Sequence record: PZ154895.1
Length of the DNA stretch: 64,000 nucleotides
Direction: 5' to 3' (one strand)
Source: a phage
Part shown: positions 41,338 through 49,862 of the stretch, piece by piece
Layout: every line of letters begins with the position of its first letter
How positions within the stretch are numbered: position 1 is the first letter of the stretch
Made by a program: the position numbers and the translations under genes
Notes under the pieces: model-generated
The model's database searches: none
What the model was told of the DNA's origin: nothing
The model's input: only the letters and a program-made list of their open reading frames with translations

Positions 41338-41738
41338 TGAACGTTGAATACTATGTATATGCGGATTACGAAAATAATCCATCTAAAGATGAAGATAATC
41401 GTTTAGGTGTAGATGCTTTCGATTCCCCTGCAGCGGCATGGCAATGGGTTGAAAGAACCGATATTCCTTACCGTTATATTGAAGTGGTTGACCACGCAGG
41501 AAACAAGTATCCTAAGGAAGCATATGTTCCTTCCGGGAAGGTAAATTTCCTTTTGTTTGCAGGTGATAATTATTATCCACGTGGTGGGTATACTGATTTA
41601 ATTGCGAAAGCCTCCACTGAAGATGAACTTCGTGACATTATCAAAGAAAATGAAAACAAACCGATGTGTGGTTCTAATCGCTTTGATTGGTGGCAAATTG
41701 TAAATGCCAATACGCACACTATTGTTGATGAAGGTTGA
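41337..41738 (+). CDS. hypothetical protein
   Basis: 133-aa ORF, TAATG overlap with upstream ORF. Confidence 0.5.
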   Translation: MNVEYYVYADYENNPSKDEDNRLGVDAFDSPAAAWQWVERTDIPYRYIEVVDHAGNKYPKEAYVPSGKVNFLLFAGDNYYPRGGYTDLIAKASTEDELRDIIKENENKPMCGSNRFDWWQIVNANTHTIVDEG

Positions 41739-42028
41739 TAATGATTCTTTATGCGAAAGTATCATCCATTGAAAATGGATATAAATATGATCAAGAAGCA
41801 GCTAAAGCCTTGATTGATGATTATGGCATTTTAACATATTTTGAAGTTGAAAAGGTTTACATTGACCGTTCATCTTCTCAAGTTAAATTAGTGAAGGAAG
41901 ATCGTAAATTTAATACAGTAAATTTTGATTTCTTTATTGAAACAGAAAAAGGTCCTCTTGAATATGATATTTTCAAGAATCCTTTGGGTCTTGAATGCAT
42001 CGTAAATATGTATTATCATAAATGGTAA
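41735..42028 (+). CDS. hypothetical protein
   Basis: 97-aa ORF overlapping upstream stop. Confidence 0.5.
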   Translation: MIMILYAKVSSIENGYKYDQEAAKALIDDYGILTYFEVEKVYIDRSSSQVKLVKEDRKFNTVNFDFFIETEKGPLEYDIFKNPLGLECIVNMYYHKW

Positions 42029-42125
42029 ATATGCTTTAAGAATTATTTGTTATTATTAACTCATATCGCACTGATTAATACCCTCTATCATCAAGGGTTC
42101 TTGCTTAAGAGCCTTTGTTAATAAT

Positions 42126-42198
42126 TGGGAATTAGCCAAGTTGGTAAGGCACTGGATTTTGATTCCAGGATGCAAAGGTTCGAGTCCTTTATTCCCAG
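42126..42198 (+). tRNA. tRNA-Gln (anticodon UUG)
   Basis: manual cloverleaf: 7-bp acceptor tgggaat/attccca, anticodon loop ttTTGat, T-arm GGTTCGAGTCC. Confidence 0.75.
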
Positions 42199-42199
42199 C

Positions 42200-42286
42200 G
42201 CGAGAATGGTCAAATTGGTAAAGGCACAGCACTTAAAATGCTGCGGAATGATTTCCTTGTGGGTTCGAGTCCCACTTCTCGCACCA
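42200..42286 (+). tRNA. tRNA-Leu (anticodon UAA), type II
   Basis: acceptor gcgagaa/ttctcgc + CCA, anticodon loop ctTAAaa, long variable arm. Confidence 0.75.
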
Positions 42287-42291
42287 AATTT

Positions 42292-42365
<74 letters not shown>

Positions 42366-42411
42366 ATTTATGACTCGTCGTGAGACGCTCAGTTCTTTAT
42401 TAGGGACTGAT

Positions 42412-43020
42412 ATGCATTTTTATCTTTATAAAATAACAAATAAAATTAATAATAAAATTTATATTGGTGTGCATTCTACCGAAAATTTAGATGATGGATA
42501 TATGGGTTCTGGTAAATTATTAAAAAGAGCCCAAGACAAGTATGGTATAGAAAATTTTTCTAAAGAAATATTAGAGTATTTTGATGATAAAGAATCTATG
42601 CTTGAAGCCGAGAAAAATATTGTTACAGAAGAGTTTTTAAATAGACCAGATGTGTATAATTTAAAACTTGGCGGTGAAGGTGGATGGGACCACATAAATA
42701 ATTATCCTATGACAGATCAGCAACGCGAATTAATTTCATTGGGTGTTAAAAAGGCACATTCTAACGGAAAATTAAAAGGATGGTCTTCAAATGGATTAAT
42801 GAAGAATGGCTTTGCTGGTAAAACTCATTCTCAAGAAGCTAAACGTAAAATAGCAAAAGCAAACGAAGCAAAAGTTTCTGCGGATGAAAGAAAAAGAAGA
42901 ATAGAAATTTCTAAATTATATGATTTTTCTAAGCGTGGTGAATTATCTAAATATGCTAAGCATATTGGCGTAAGTCATACTCAAGCAAAAAGAATTCTAA
43001 ATCAAATTAACAATATATAA
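42412..43020 (+). CDS. segB: GIY-YIG homing endonuclease SegB (alternative start 42370)
   Basis: GIY-YIG motif HFYLYKITNKINNKIYIGVH; embedded in the tRNA cluster as in T4. Confidence 0.75.
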   Translation: MHFYLYKITNKINNKIYIGVHSTENLDDGYMGSGKLLKRAQDKYGIENFSKEILEYFDDKESMLEAEKNIVTEEFLNRPDVYNLKLGGEGGWDHINNYPMTDQQRELISLGVKKAHSNGKLKGWSSNGLMKNGFAGKTHSQEAKRKIAKANEAKVSADERKRRIEISKLYDFSKRGELSKYAKHIGVSHTQAKRILNQINNI

Positions 43021-43026
43021 ATATTT

Positions 43027-43116
43027 GGAGGCGTGGCAGAGTGGTTTAATGCACCGGTCTTGAAAACCGGCAGTCGCTCCGGCGACTCATAGGTTCAAAT
43101 CCTATCGCCTCCGCCA
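43027..43116 (+). tRNA. tRNA-Ser (anticodon UGA), type II
   Basis: acceptor ggaggcg/cgcctcc + CCA, anticodon loop ctTGAaa, long variable arm. Confidence 0.7.
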
Positions 43117-43121
43117 GTTTT

Positions 43122-43197
43122 GCTGATTTAGCTCAGTAGGTAGAGCAACTCACTTGTAATGAGAAGGTCGGCGGTTCGATCCCGTCAATCAGCACCA
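43122..43197 (+). tRNA. tRNA-Thr (anticodon UGU)
   Basis: acceptor gctgatt/aatcagc + CCA, anticodon loop ctTGTaa, T-arm GGTTCGATCC. Confidence 0.7.
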
Positions 43198-43198
43198 A

Positions 43199-43273
43199 GG
43201 CCCTGTAGCTGGAAGGTTCAAGCAAGCGACTCATAATCGCCAGATGGTGGTTCAATTCCACCCAGGGCCACCA
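43199..43273 (+). tRNA. tRNA with CAU anticodon (Ile-lysidine type or Met)
   Basis: acceptor ggccctg/cagggcc + CCA, anticodon loop ctCATaa; T4 carries an Ile tRNA of this type. Confidence 0.6.
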
Positions 43274-43282
43274 AATTAATTT

Positions 43283-43369
43283 GGGGAGTTATCCCGTAGA
43301 GGTAGCGGTGTGGACTGTAAATTCATTGTCATTGCGACTCGGGTGGTTCGACTCCATCACTCCCCACCA
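43283..43369 (+). tRNA. tRNA-Tyr (anticodon GUA), type II
   Basis: acceptor ggggagt/actcccc + CCA, anticodon loop ctGTAaa, long variable arm; manual fold, less certain. Confidence 0.5.
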
Positions 43370-43373
43370 ATTT

Positions 43374-43448
43374 GGATGTGTAGCTCAATGGCAGAGCGAT
43401 CGCCTGTTAAGCGATTGGTTATAGGTTCGAATCCTATCACGTCCGCCA
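43374..43448 (+). tRNA. tRNA-Asn (anticodon GUU)
   Basis: acceptor ggatgtg/cacgtcc + CCA, perfect anticodon stem atcgc/gcgat with loop ctGTTaa. Confidence 0.6.
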
Positions 43449-43452
43449 AATC

Positions 43453-43528
43453 CGAGGCATAGCTCAGAAGGAAGAGCAAGGACCTTCTAAGTCCTAGGTC
43501 GTAGGTTCGATCCCTACTGCCTCGACCA
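43453..43528 (+). tRNA. tRNA-Arg (anticodon UCU)
   Basis: acceptor cgaggca/tgcctcg + CCA, anticodon stem aggac/gtcct with loop ctTCTaa, T-arm GGTTCGATCC. Confidence 0.7.
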
Positions 43529-43544
43529 ATTAAGTGAGGAAAAT

Positions 43545-43895
43545 ATGAAAGGTAATGTTTATTTAGTAGTTCATGATTTAACATTCTATTTTAATCACAA
43601 TGACACTGTTATTTCTGAACGTGTAATTAATTTGCTTTATCAGCATGCAGATTATGTTTATGTCGAAAACGAATATGGTCATTGGCAATTTCTCAAAAAT
43701 CGTTCATTTGGTTTAGATGGTTACGAATACTTTGAACGTAAAGACCTTTTAGATAAAATTCCGTTATCTACACAATATCAAAATCATAAGTCTTTACATA
43801 AATGCCGTCAAATTCGAAATGCTGAATCTGCGTATGAAGCAATTGATTTATGGCGTAAACGCCGTGAACAGATTGATGCTTTAAAAGAATACTAA
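43545..43895 (+). CDS. hypothetical protein
   Basis: 116-aa ORF starting 17 nt after tRNA-Arg with GAGGA SD. Confidence 0.5.
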   Translation: MKGNVYLVVHDLTFYFNHNDTVISERVINLLYQHADYVYVENEYGHWQFLKNRSFGLDGYEYFERKDLLDKIPLSTQYQNHKSLHKCRQIRNAESAYEAIDLWRKRREQIDALKEY

Positions 43896-44229
43896 GAAAC
43901 CGGGTAGCTACCGGTAAGTCGTCGGACTGATGTTCCCTGCGTAAGGACTGGTCTTAATAAATCTTTACGATTTGTTAATATCCCCTTACATCACAGCAGA
44001 AACGGCGCACCGAATTATCGATTCGAGGAAATATCTTTGCCGTAAGCCGAGTAGCGTTTTTGACGGAACGTTCGGATATGGTCGAGATATGGCCTTTTAA
44101 AAATATTGAGTAGCGTCAACTGCTTAATAACCGGGTTCGAATCCCGGCGTTTCGTACAAACACTTGCCTTAGCAGGTGGAACCCCGACAAGGTTGCCGCA
44201 AGGCTTAGCCCCAACCGAAAGGTTGGGGC
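43896..44229 (+). ncRNA. structured small-RNA locus (T4 rnaC/rnaD-like species 1 and 2 candidate)
   Basis: about 330 nt without a credible ORF, tRNA T-arm-like CCGGGTTCGAATCCCGG, ends in a strong intrinsic terminator; T4 has stable RNAs at the equivalent position. Confidence 0.35.
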
Positions 44230-44234
44230 TTTTT
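44208..44234 (+). terminator. intrinsic terminator ending the structured-RNA locus
   Basis: hairpin gccccaacc-gaaa-ggttggggc followed by TTTTT. Confidence 0.75.
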
Positions 44235-44236
44235 AG

Positions 44237-44244
44237 TATAAATA
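44237..44244 (+). promoter_or_regulatory. late promoter TATAAATA for the CTS gene at 44285
   Basis: exact motif about 40 nt upstream of the ATG. Confidence 0.55.
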
Positions 44245-44284
44245 TAGTAGTATATTAAATCTACGAATTAAAACAGGAAATAAG

Positions 44285-44758
44285 ATGAAATCATATGCTC
44301 AATTTTTAAATGAAGCGGTGTTAAATGAAGCATCTAGCACCGAAATTCAAGCTGTCGCAAAAGCAGCCATTGCAGCGGGTAAATATTCCTATAAAGATGC
44401 TTCTGACGAATCACGATTCCAATTTGCTCGCGACATGAAAGCAGAAGGATTTACGGGAAATGCGGTTAGTATGGCCTGGAAAAGTTTAGTTGCTACTGGT
44501 GCTGCTTTTGCAAAGGCTTCGGGTAAACCTGCTCCTAAAGCAGATCCTAAAGCTACACAAGAAAAAAATATTGTTAAAGGAATTATCGCTAAGTATGAAG
44601 CTATCCTTAAAGAGCTTTTAGTAATCAAAACCGAAGGCCAAAAGTTAGCCCGTGCCTATAGTTTCAAAGATAATCCACATGTTCACTCTCTTGAGTATGT
44701 TGAAGACATCCAAAAAATTATTAAAGACCGCATTTGGTCTGCTAAACAAATCAAATAA
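44285..44758 (+). CDS. internal-protein-like CTS-bearing protein
   Basis: 157 aa; N-terminus MKSYAQFLNE|AVLNE|A with two L-x-E protease-type sites; own late promoter and terminator. Confidence 0.55.
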   Translation: MKSYAQFLNEAVLNEASSTEIQAVAKAAIAAGKYSYKDASDESRFQFARDMKAEGFTGNAVSMAWKSLVATGAAFAKASGKPAPKADPKATQEKNIVKGIIAKYEAILKELLVIKTEGQKLARAYSFKDNPHVHSLEYVEDIQKIIKDRIWSAKQIK

Positions 44759-44766
44759 CATTCTTA

Positions 44767-44793
44767 ACCCCGACCAAAAGGTTGGGGCTTTTT
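44767..44793 (+). terminator. intrinsic terminator after the CTS gene
   Basis: hairpin ccccgacc-aaaa-ggttgggg followed by T-run. Confidence 0.7.
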
Positions 44794-44919
44794 GGTATCT
44801 AGGCCTTTCCGCGCCTCTCTAGGCATCATTTAGTTTATACACTTTATAATATATTATCCTATCCTTTAATTGCCCATCCCTTCCCTAGAATTCCCTAAAA
44901 CTTTTAAAAAAAAATTTTT

Positions 44920-44962
44920 CACAAAACTGTTTACATCTCTGTTCTTCCGTGGTACTATACAA
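44920..44962 (+). promoter_or_regulatory. T4-type early promoter (-35 GTTTAC 44929-44934, -10 TGGTACTATAC)
   Basis: consensus motifs; A/T-rich UP region. Confidence 0.7.
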
Positions 44963-45001
44963 CTATCAACTACTGATACAGAAAACAACTTGGAGAATGA
45001 A

Positions 45002-45265
45002 ATGGATAATTACGGCGAACTGTTCAACTTCTTTATGAAATGTGTTTCAGAAGATTTCGGTCGTACAGTGAATGATATTAAAGTTATCGGTCCTGACCAT
45101 CCGATGTTTGAAACTTACGCAGTAATGGGTAATGAAGACGGTCAGTGGTATACTGTAAAGGTTGTGATTAACATGTTCACAGCAGAAGGTTATGATAAAC
45201 TGTCTTCTAAAGTTTATCATGATAACGACGAAATCGCAGAAGAATATTTCAATAATATGAAATAA
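45002..45265 (+). CDS. hypothetical protein (e.8 position)
   Basis: 87 aa from MDNYGELF; the ORF-track N-terminal extension overlaps the early promoter so the start was moved to the ATG after the GGAG SD. Confidence 0.5.
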   Translation: MDNYGELFNFFMKCVSEDFGRTVNDIKVIGPDHPMFETYAVMGNEDGQWYTVKVVINMFTAEGYDKLSSKVYHDNDEIAEEYFNNMK

Positions 45266-45297
45266 GTTTACACAGGCTCATGATTGAGATATTATGA
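45260..45297 (+). promoter_or_regulatory. T4-type early promoter with overlapping inverted repeat
   Basis: -35 GTTTAC 45266-45271, -10 GATATTAT; inverted repeat caggctcat/atgagcctg spans the -10. Confidence 0.55.
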
Positions 45298-45320
45298 GCC
45301 TGTAATTTGAGGAGAACATT

Positions 45321-45656
45321 ATGAAACGTAACTTTAGTAAAGCTTTTTGTAATCGAAATTATTATCCCGAAGAGCTTTTTGAATCTAAGGAATTTAAAGA
45401 GTTTAACGAACGTTCTCAAAACATGCCTGTGCAGTGGGTATTGGATTATGCCAATCGTATCTTTGAAGGCGTGCGGGATATTTGTCCTGATGATGAAGCT
45501 CCTTATTTTAAAAAGGCTTGGGAACTTGCTAACCAAGCATATATCAATGCTTTAGAATTTTCTAAAGGCACTGACGATGATTTTACTTTATTGGCTATCA
45601 ATGATGCCGTTATCGAAGCCATTGACATCTTTATCGATGAGCTAGACGAAGAATAA
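45321..45656 (+). CDS. hypothetical protein (e.7 position)
   Basis: 111-aa ORF with GAGGAG SD after an early promoter. Confidence 0.5.
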   Translation: MKRNFSKAFCNRNYYPEELFESKEFKEFNERSQNMPVQWVLDYANRIFEGVRDICPDDEAPYFKKAWELANQAYINALEFSKGTDDDFTLLAINDAVIEAIDIFIDELDEE

Positions 45657-45690
45657 GTTTACAATCTATTAGAAACGTGATATTATCTAA
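45650..45690 (+). promoter_or_regulatory. T4-type early promoter
   Basis: -35 GTTTAC 45657-45662, -10 GATATTAT. Confidence 0.6.
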
Positions 45691-45713
45691 TTATATCAAC
45701 CTAAGGAAATACT

Positions 45714-46307
45714 ATGAACACACTGAAGAAAATTGTTGAGTTTATTCGCACTAAACTTGGTTCTGCTATGGCTAAAAATTTATCTGTTGAAGAACAGTAT
45801 ACTGCTGCAGCAGCAAAACTACTTGATAAAATTAAAGACCTAAAAACTGCTTCTGTTAAATCTATTAATGAAGAAAAACGTATTCGTGAACTTGTTGTTG
45901 AAAAGAATCGACAGGCCGAATCAAAAGAGCGTGAAATTCGTAAACTTCTTTCCGAAGGTCAAGATGTAACAATGCATGCTAAACTTGGTTTACTATATCG
46001 TCGAACAGCTGAGCAGTTGACTACTAAAGCTGACGGTTATGCTGAAATGCGAATTGAAATCGCCAAGAAAGTAGTTGAGTTAGATGATGCTCGCCAAGAA
46101 CTTGCAGTTAAATTGGAATATATCCGTGAAACTCGTGCAGCAAATGCCCTTGGAATTAGTACTGCCGATGATGTAGTTGAAATCGCAGCGCTGACTAAGG
46201 TTGATATTGAAGATACCCTTGCTCGAGTTGAAACCTTTAACGGTAATATTTCCGGGGTTGAAACTACCTCTGCCGATGTCCAGGAATATATTAATTCTCT
46301 GAAATAA
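45714..46307 (+). CDS. coiled-coil protein (e.6 position)
   Basis: 197 aa, almost entirely heptad-like charged helix; followed by a terminator hairpin. Confidence 0.55.
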   Translation: MNTLKKIVEFIRTKLGSAMAKNLSVEEQYTAAAAKLLDKIKDLKTASVKSINEEKRIRELVVEKNRQAESKEREIRKLLSEGQDVTMHAKLGLLYRRTAEQLTTKADGYAEMRIEIAKKVVELDDARQELAVKLEYIRETRAANALGISTADDVVEIAALTKVDIEDTLARVETFNGNISGVETTSADVQEYINSLK

Positions 46308-46312
46308 TGATA

Positions 46313-46328
46313 AGGGGCTTCGGCCCCT
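46313..46328 (+). terminator. terminator-like hairpin after the coiled-coil gene
   Basis: hairpin aggggcttcggcccct; downstream T-run weak. Confidence 0.45.
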
Positions 46329-46348
46329 ATTACTTGGAGTAAATAGGA

Positions 46349-46957
46349 ATGAAAATGCAAAGTGATTTCAATTCAATGTTTGAAGAGTTCCAAAGACAGG
46401 TTGATGTTCCAGATCAATTATTAAATGCTCTTAAACGTATGGCAGAAGGACGTAATTACTATTGGGGGTCTTCATATGAAACTGATGAAAGTCTTTCTGG
46501 AAGATTTTCTAGAGGTAAAAAGTCTTTAATACGTCCTGGAATACTTATTAACAGTATTGAATCAATTCATTCATTGACGTGTGATTTTGATGTTGAATTT
46601 ACTGATTTCATTTCTCCTGAATGGACAGTATGTTATTTAAACGACGATTTTGATTATCTCGGTGTTTATAGTTTAAGTGACGCATGGTTTAAACGTAACT
46701 TACAAAAGTCAAATTTATTCTATATTGATACTACAGTAAAATTTCAGGGAAAGAAATATTTCTTTACTCTTATAGTTGATTCTGAAACGAAACATGAAAA
46801 TAAACGTATTCTTAGTAAAAGGAATATCTTGAATATTGTTGATGATCTTTTTGATAAATTCGTGGAAAATCCTAGTTTTGAAAGCGATTTATTACTAGAA
46901 AAATTTGTTAAGGAATGTAGAGAATATGTCAAAGCCATCACTATACCTTCCAAGTAA
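46349..46957 (+). CDS. hypothetical protein, C-terminal FVKECR motif (e.5 position)
   Basis: 202-aa ORF; C-terminus shares a motif with the three downstream membrane proteins. Confidence 0.5.
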   Translation: MKMQSDFNSMFEEFQRQVDVPDQLLNALKRMAEGRNYYWGSSYETDESLSGRFSRGKKSLIRPGILINSIESIHSLTCDFDVEFTDFISPEWTVCYLNDDFDYLGVYSLSDAWFKRNLQKSNLFYIDTTVKFQGKKYFFTLIVDSETKHENKRILSKRNILNIVDDLFDKFVENPSFESDLLLEKFVKECREYVKAITIPSK

Positions 46958-47318
46958 ACCTTTGAAGTATGAATTAAAGCGCCAGCTAATTTCTACTGAT
47001 GTATTAATAGGTCCTGTTATACTCATATCATTTGTAATTCTATTGATTATTGGAGGTGTTTTAGATGTTATGACTGATATTGATTCTGGCGAAATACTTG
47101 TGTTAATGCTAATTCTTCCATTAATAGTTCCACTTTTATTAGTACCTGTAAATTGGATAGGATATTGGTATCAAGGAAGACATTATCGTAAACGTGTACG
47201 TGATTGGAAAGCACAGTGTAAAAAGATTAAAAAGGAACACCAGCTTAAACTTGCTGAGTATGAATTTAATGAAATTATGAAATTTGTTAAGGAATCACGA
47301 TGCAAAAGCCAAAACTAA
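46905..47318 (+). CDS. small membrane protein, paralog family (e.4 position)
   Basis: 137 aa; two hydrophobic helices then basic tail ending FVKESRCK. Confidence 0.5.
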   Translation: MLRNVENMSKPSLYLPSKPLKYELKRQLISTDVLIGPVILISFVILLIIGGVLDVMTDIDSGEILVLMLILPLIVPLLLVPVNWIGYWYQGRHYRKRVRDWKAQCKKIKKEHQLKLAEYEFNEIMKFVKESRCKSQN

Positions 47319-47662
47319 ATAAAGTCAAATATTCGTTCCCCGAGGCACTATTAATTCTTGCTGTGTCAGTATTTGCAGCTCTTGCTGGTAGTCTTATTGG
47401 ATTGTTAATTGACTGTATTATTTTAAACATCGATGGTTCAGCAATTATAACAGAGGTTTGGAGTGAACTTCGTTTTACTATAGCGATTACATTATTTTCA
47501 TTCTTTGGTACCATGCTATATTTTCATTATGATAATTTTAAAATAAATTGGCAAAGAAAAAAGGATTACAAAATACAATTAAAGGAATATAATAACTACA
47601 TGTCTTATATTGAAAAAGAATCAATGGAAGAGTTTGTGAGTGATTGTAGGAAAATTAAATGA
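47300..47662 (+). CDS. small membrane protein, paralog family (e.3 position)
   Basis: 120 aa; two hydrophobic helices; C-terminus FVSDCRKIK. Confidence 0.5.
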   Translation: MQKPKLNKVKYSFPEALLILAVSVFAALAGSLIGLLIDCIILNIDGSAIITEVWSELRFTIAITLFSFFGTMLYFHYDNFKINWQRKKDYKIQLKEYNNYMSYIEKESMEEFVSDCRKIK

Positions 47663-48147
47663 TTTTAAAAACTCGTTGGTATGATTTAGATGATGGGGAC
47701 GATGGCATTTCAGTTGATAGAGTTGACTGGAATGGCTGTTCCGAAGATATGAAAAATTTGCTGATTAGGGAGTTTAGAATGGGATATCAACCAGTTAAGC
47801 CATCTACTGCAACAGATGATAAATTCGTGTGTATTCATAATGGTCGCGCTAAATTAACGAACGCTGATTGGTTCACAGATAAGATTATGATTCTGTGGTA
47901 TATTATTAGTTTTCCTGTGACATCATTTGTATTTTGCTTCTTTGGAGAAAGTCCAGTAGGCAGAACGGGAGATTGGATTCTTTTAATCATACTTGTTAAT
48001 ATTTTTACAGCAGCAGTACTATCAGGAATATGGTGCGTGTTCATTGAAATGCCATGGCGTTTACGTAGGCAGCAAAAGATTTTTGATGAAAAGAAATATA
48101 CTCAAAATTTAAATAATTTTATCACCGAATGCAGGAAATTAAAATGA
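47659..48147 (+). CDS. small membrane protein, paralog family (e.2 position)
   Basis: 162 aa; two hydrophobic helices; C-terminus FITECRKLK. Confidence 0.5.
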   Translation: MILKTRWYDLDDGDDGISVDRVDWNGCSEDMKNLLIREFRMGYQPVKPSTATDDKFVCIHNGRAKLTNADWFTDKIMILWYIISFPVTSFVFCFFGESPVGRTGDWILLIILVNIFTAAVLSGIWCVFIEMPWRLRRQQKIFDEKKYTQNLNNFITECRKLK

Positions 48148-48584
48148 AAACATTATCAGCTGGTATTATCTTTATGACAGAAGATAAAGATTTATTCATG
48201 GGACGGGTTACTGGTTCTCGTAAGCCTGGAATGATGGCACATCGCTGGGATATTCCAAAAGGCCGTGTAGAAAATTCTGATTTGAGCGCACTAGATGCAG
48301 CACGAAGAGAATGCTTAGAAGAGACCGGTTTTAGCAATTATAATCCAGACCTTCTAGAAGACCTAGGTGTATTTAAATATTCTAGTAATAAAGACTTACA
48401 GTTGTTTTATTATACGATTCCAGTAGAGCATGAGATGTTTAGAAATTGCCATTGTGAGTCTTATTTTGAAAATAAAGATGGCGTTATGATTCCAGAAATG
48501 GATGCTTTTGCTCTTATTCCTCGTACTCAGTGGCAATATGTGATGGGTCCTTCACTTTACCGAATAATGAACAGCCTCTTTTAA
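48129..48584 (+). CDS. nudE: Nudix hydrolase NudE (e.1)
   Basis: 151 aa; Nudix box GRVENSDLSALDAARRECLEETGF; immediately upstream of e. Confidence 0.8.
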   Translation: MQEIKMKTLSAGIIFMTEDKDLFMGRVTGSRKPGMMAHRWDIPKGRVENSDLSALDAARRECLEETGFSNYNPDLLEDLGVFKYSSNKDLQLFYYTIPVEHEMFRNCHCESYFENKDGVMIPEMDAFALIPRTQWQYVMGPSLYRIMNSLF

Positions 48585-48587
48585 TTT

Positions 48588-48608
48588 ATAAATACCTTCT
48601 ATAAATAC
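48588..48608 (+). promoter_or_regulatory. tandem late promoters (two TATAAATA copies) for e
   Basis: TATAAATA at 48588-48595 and 48601-48608 upstream of the lysozyme ATG. Confidence 0.65.
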
Positions 48609-48620
48609 TTAGGAGGTATT

Positions 48621-49109
48621 ATGAATATATTTGAAATGTTACGTATAGATGAAGGTCTTAGACTGACTTTATACAAAGACACTGAAGGCTTTTGGACGAT
48701 TGGCATAGGCCATTTAGTAACAAAGAACCCGTCTTTAGCCGTAGCTAAAGCTGAACTTGACAGAATGATCGGACGTAAATGCAACGGTACAATTACCCTT
48801 GATGAGGCTGAAAAGCTATTTAATGAAGACGTTGATAAAGCCGTTCGCGGAATCTTGGGTAATGCTAAACTTAAACCGGTATATGATTCTTTAGATGCAG
48901 TTCGTCGATGTGCGTTGGTCAATATGGTCTTCCAAATGGGCGTAGCAGGCGTCGCTGGTTTTACTAATTCTCTTCGTATGCTTCAACAGAAACGTTGGGA
49001 CGAAGCGGCAGTAAATCTAGCCCAATCTAAATGGTATCGTCAGACACCTAATCGCGCGAAACGCGTAATCTCAACATTTAAAACAGGAACTTGGAAAGCG
49101 TATATATGA
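48621..49109 (+). CDS. e: endolysin (T4-type lysozyme)
   Basis: 162 aa; [15 protein letters not shown]...[13 protein letters not shown] recognised as T4 lysozyme family, roughly 80 percent identical to T4 E as recalled. Confidence 0.95.
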   Translation: MNIFEMLRIDEGLRLTLYKDTEGFWTIGIGHLVTKNPSLAVAKAELDRMIGRKCNGTITLDEAEKLFNEDVDKAVRGILGNAKLKPVYDSLDAVRRCALVNMVFQMGVAGVAGFTNSLRMLQQKRWDEAAVNLAQSKWYRQTPNRAKRVISTFKTGTWKAYI

Positions 49110-49387
49110 AAACATATAGTGAATTTTTATCAGAATCTATTCTTAACGAAGCTACTGACACATTTGCAACTAAGTTAGGTGCAGCTTTGGTTGAAGCCGA
49201 AAGTCTATTAGCACGTATTTCTGAACTTGCTAGTAAGATAGATACTCGCAAATTTGAACGTACCAGCGATATCGTTAAGCTTGAAGCCTTGTTGCGTATG
49301 TGCGATAAACCAGAAGAAATCGCTAAGAACGGCTCGCTAATGAAACAACGTCTTGAAAAATATATTTCAGGCGCTTCAGAAAAATAG
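49106..49387 (+). CDS. internal-protein-like CTS-bearing protein (IPII-like size)
   Basis: 93 aa from [10 protein letters not shown]|SILNE|A; ATGA overlap with e stop; position between e and denV where T4 has ip genes. Confidence 0.55.
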   Translation: MKTYSEFLSESILNEATDTFATKLGAALVEAESLLARISELASKIDTRKFERTSDIVKLEALLRMCDKPEEIAKNGSLMKQRLEKYISGASEK

Positions 49388-49422
49388 TGTTTACTTCCTC
49401 CAAGGACTTTGATACTATACAT
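49383..49422 (+). promoter_or_regulatory. T4-type early promoter upstream of denV
   Basis: -35 GTTTAC 49389-49394, -10 TGATACTATAC. Confidence 0.7.
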
Positions 49423-49445
49423 TCATCAACTACTTGGAGGAAGTT

Positions 49446-49862
49446 ATGACTCGTATCAATTTAACACTTGTTTCTGAACTGACCGACCAACATCTTATGG
49501 CTGAGTATCGTGAATTGCCGCGTGTTTTTGGTATAGTTCGTAAACATGCGGCAAATGGTAAGCGGGTTAAAGATTTTAAAATATCTTCCGAGTTTATTTT
49601 AGGCTCTGGTCATGTTACGTTCTTTTACGATAAGTTAGAATTTTTGCGAAAGCGCCAATCAGACATTATAACGGAATGCTTAAAACGTGGGTTTAGTATA
49701 AAAGATACTGAAGTTCCTGACATCAGCGATATTCCAGCAGAATGGAAAAACGATTATAATCCATGCAAATCAGCTATTAAATTGAGTCAACAACGACTCG
49801 ATGAAAAAATTTTAATGAAGCCACACTGGTACAAGTATTACGGCAAAAATATTTACATTTAA
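49446..49862 (+). CDS. denV: endonuclease V, pyrimidine-dimer DNA glycosylase
   Basis: 138 aa from [29 protein letters not shown], recognised as T4 EndoV family; GGAGG SD. Confidence 0.92.
   Translation: MTRINLTLVSELTDQHLMAEYRELPRVFGIVRKHAANGKRVKDFKISSEFILGSGHVTFFYDKLEFLRKRQSDIITECLKRGFSIKDTEVPDISDIPAEWKNDYNPCKSAIKLSQQRLDEKILMKPHWYKYYGKNIYI

Noticed and set aside
43357-43584. 75-aa minus-strand ORF overlapping tRNA-Tyr, tRNA-Asn and tRNA-Arg
   Set aside because: It overlaps three well-folded tRNA genes on the opposite strand; spurious
44870-45001. N-terminal 44-codon extension of the e.8-like ORF given in the ORF track
   Set aside because: The extension contains the early promoter (-35 and -10) and has no ATG or SD; the real start is the ATG at 45002 after the GGAG
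45275-45300. Inverted repeat caggctcat/atgagcctg as an intrinsic terminator
   Set aside because: It overlaps the -10 of an early promoter and lacks a clean U-run; more likely part of a promoter-stem-loop cassette or an operator than a terminator
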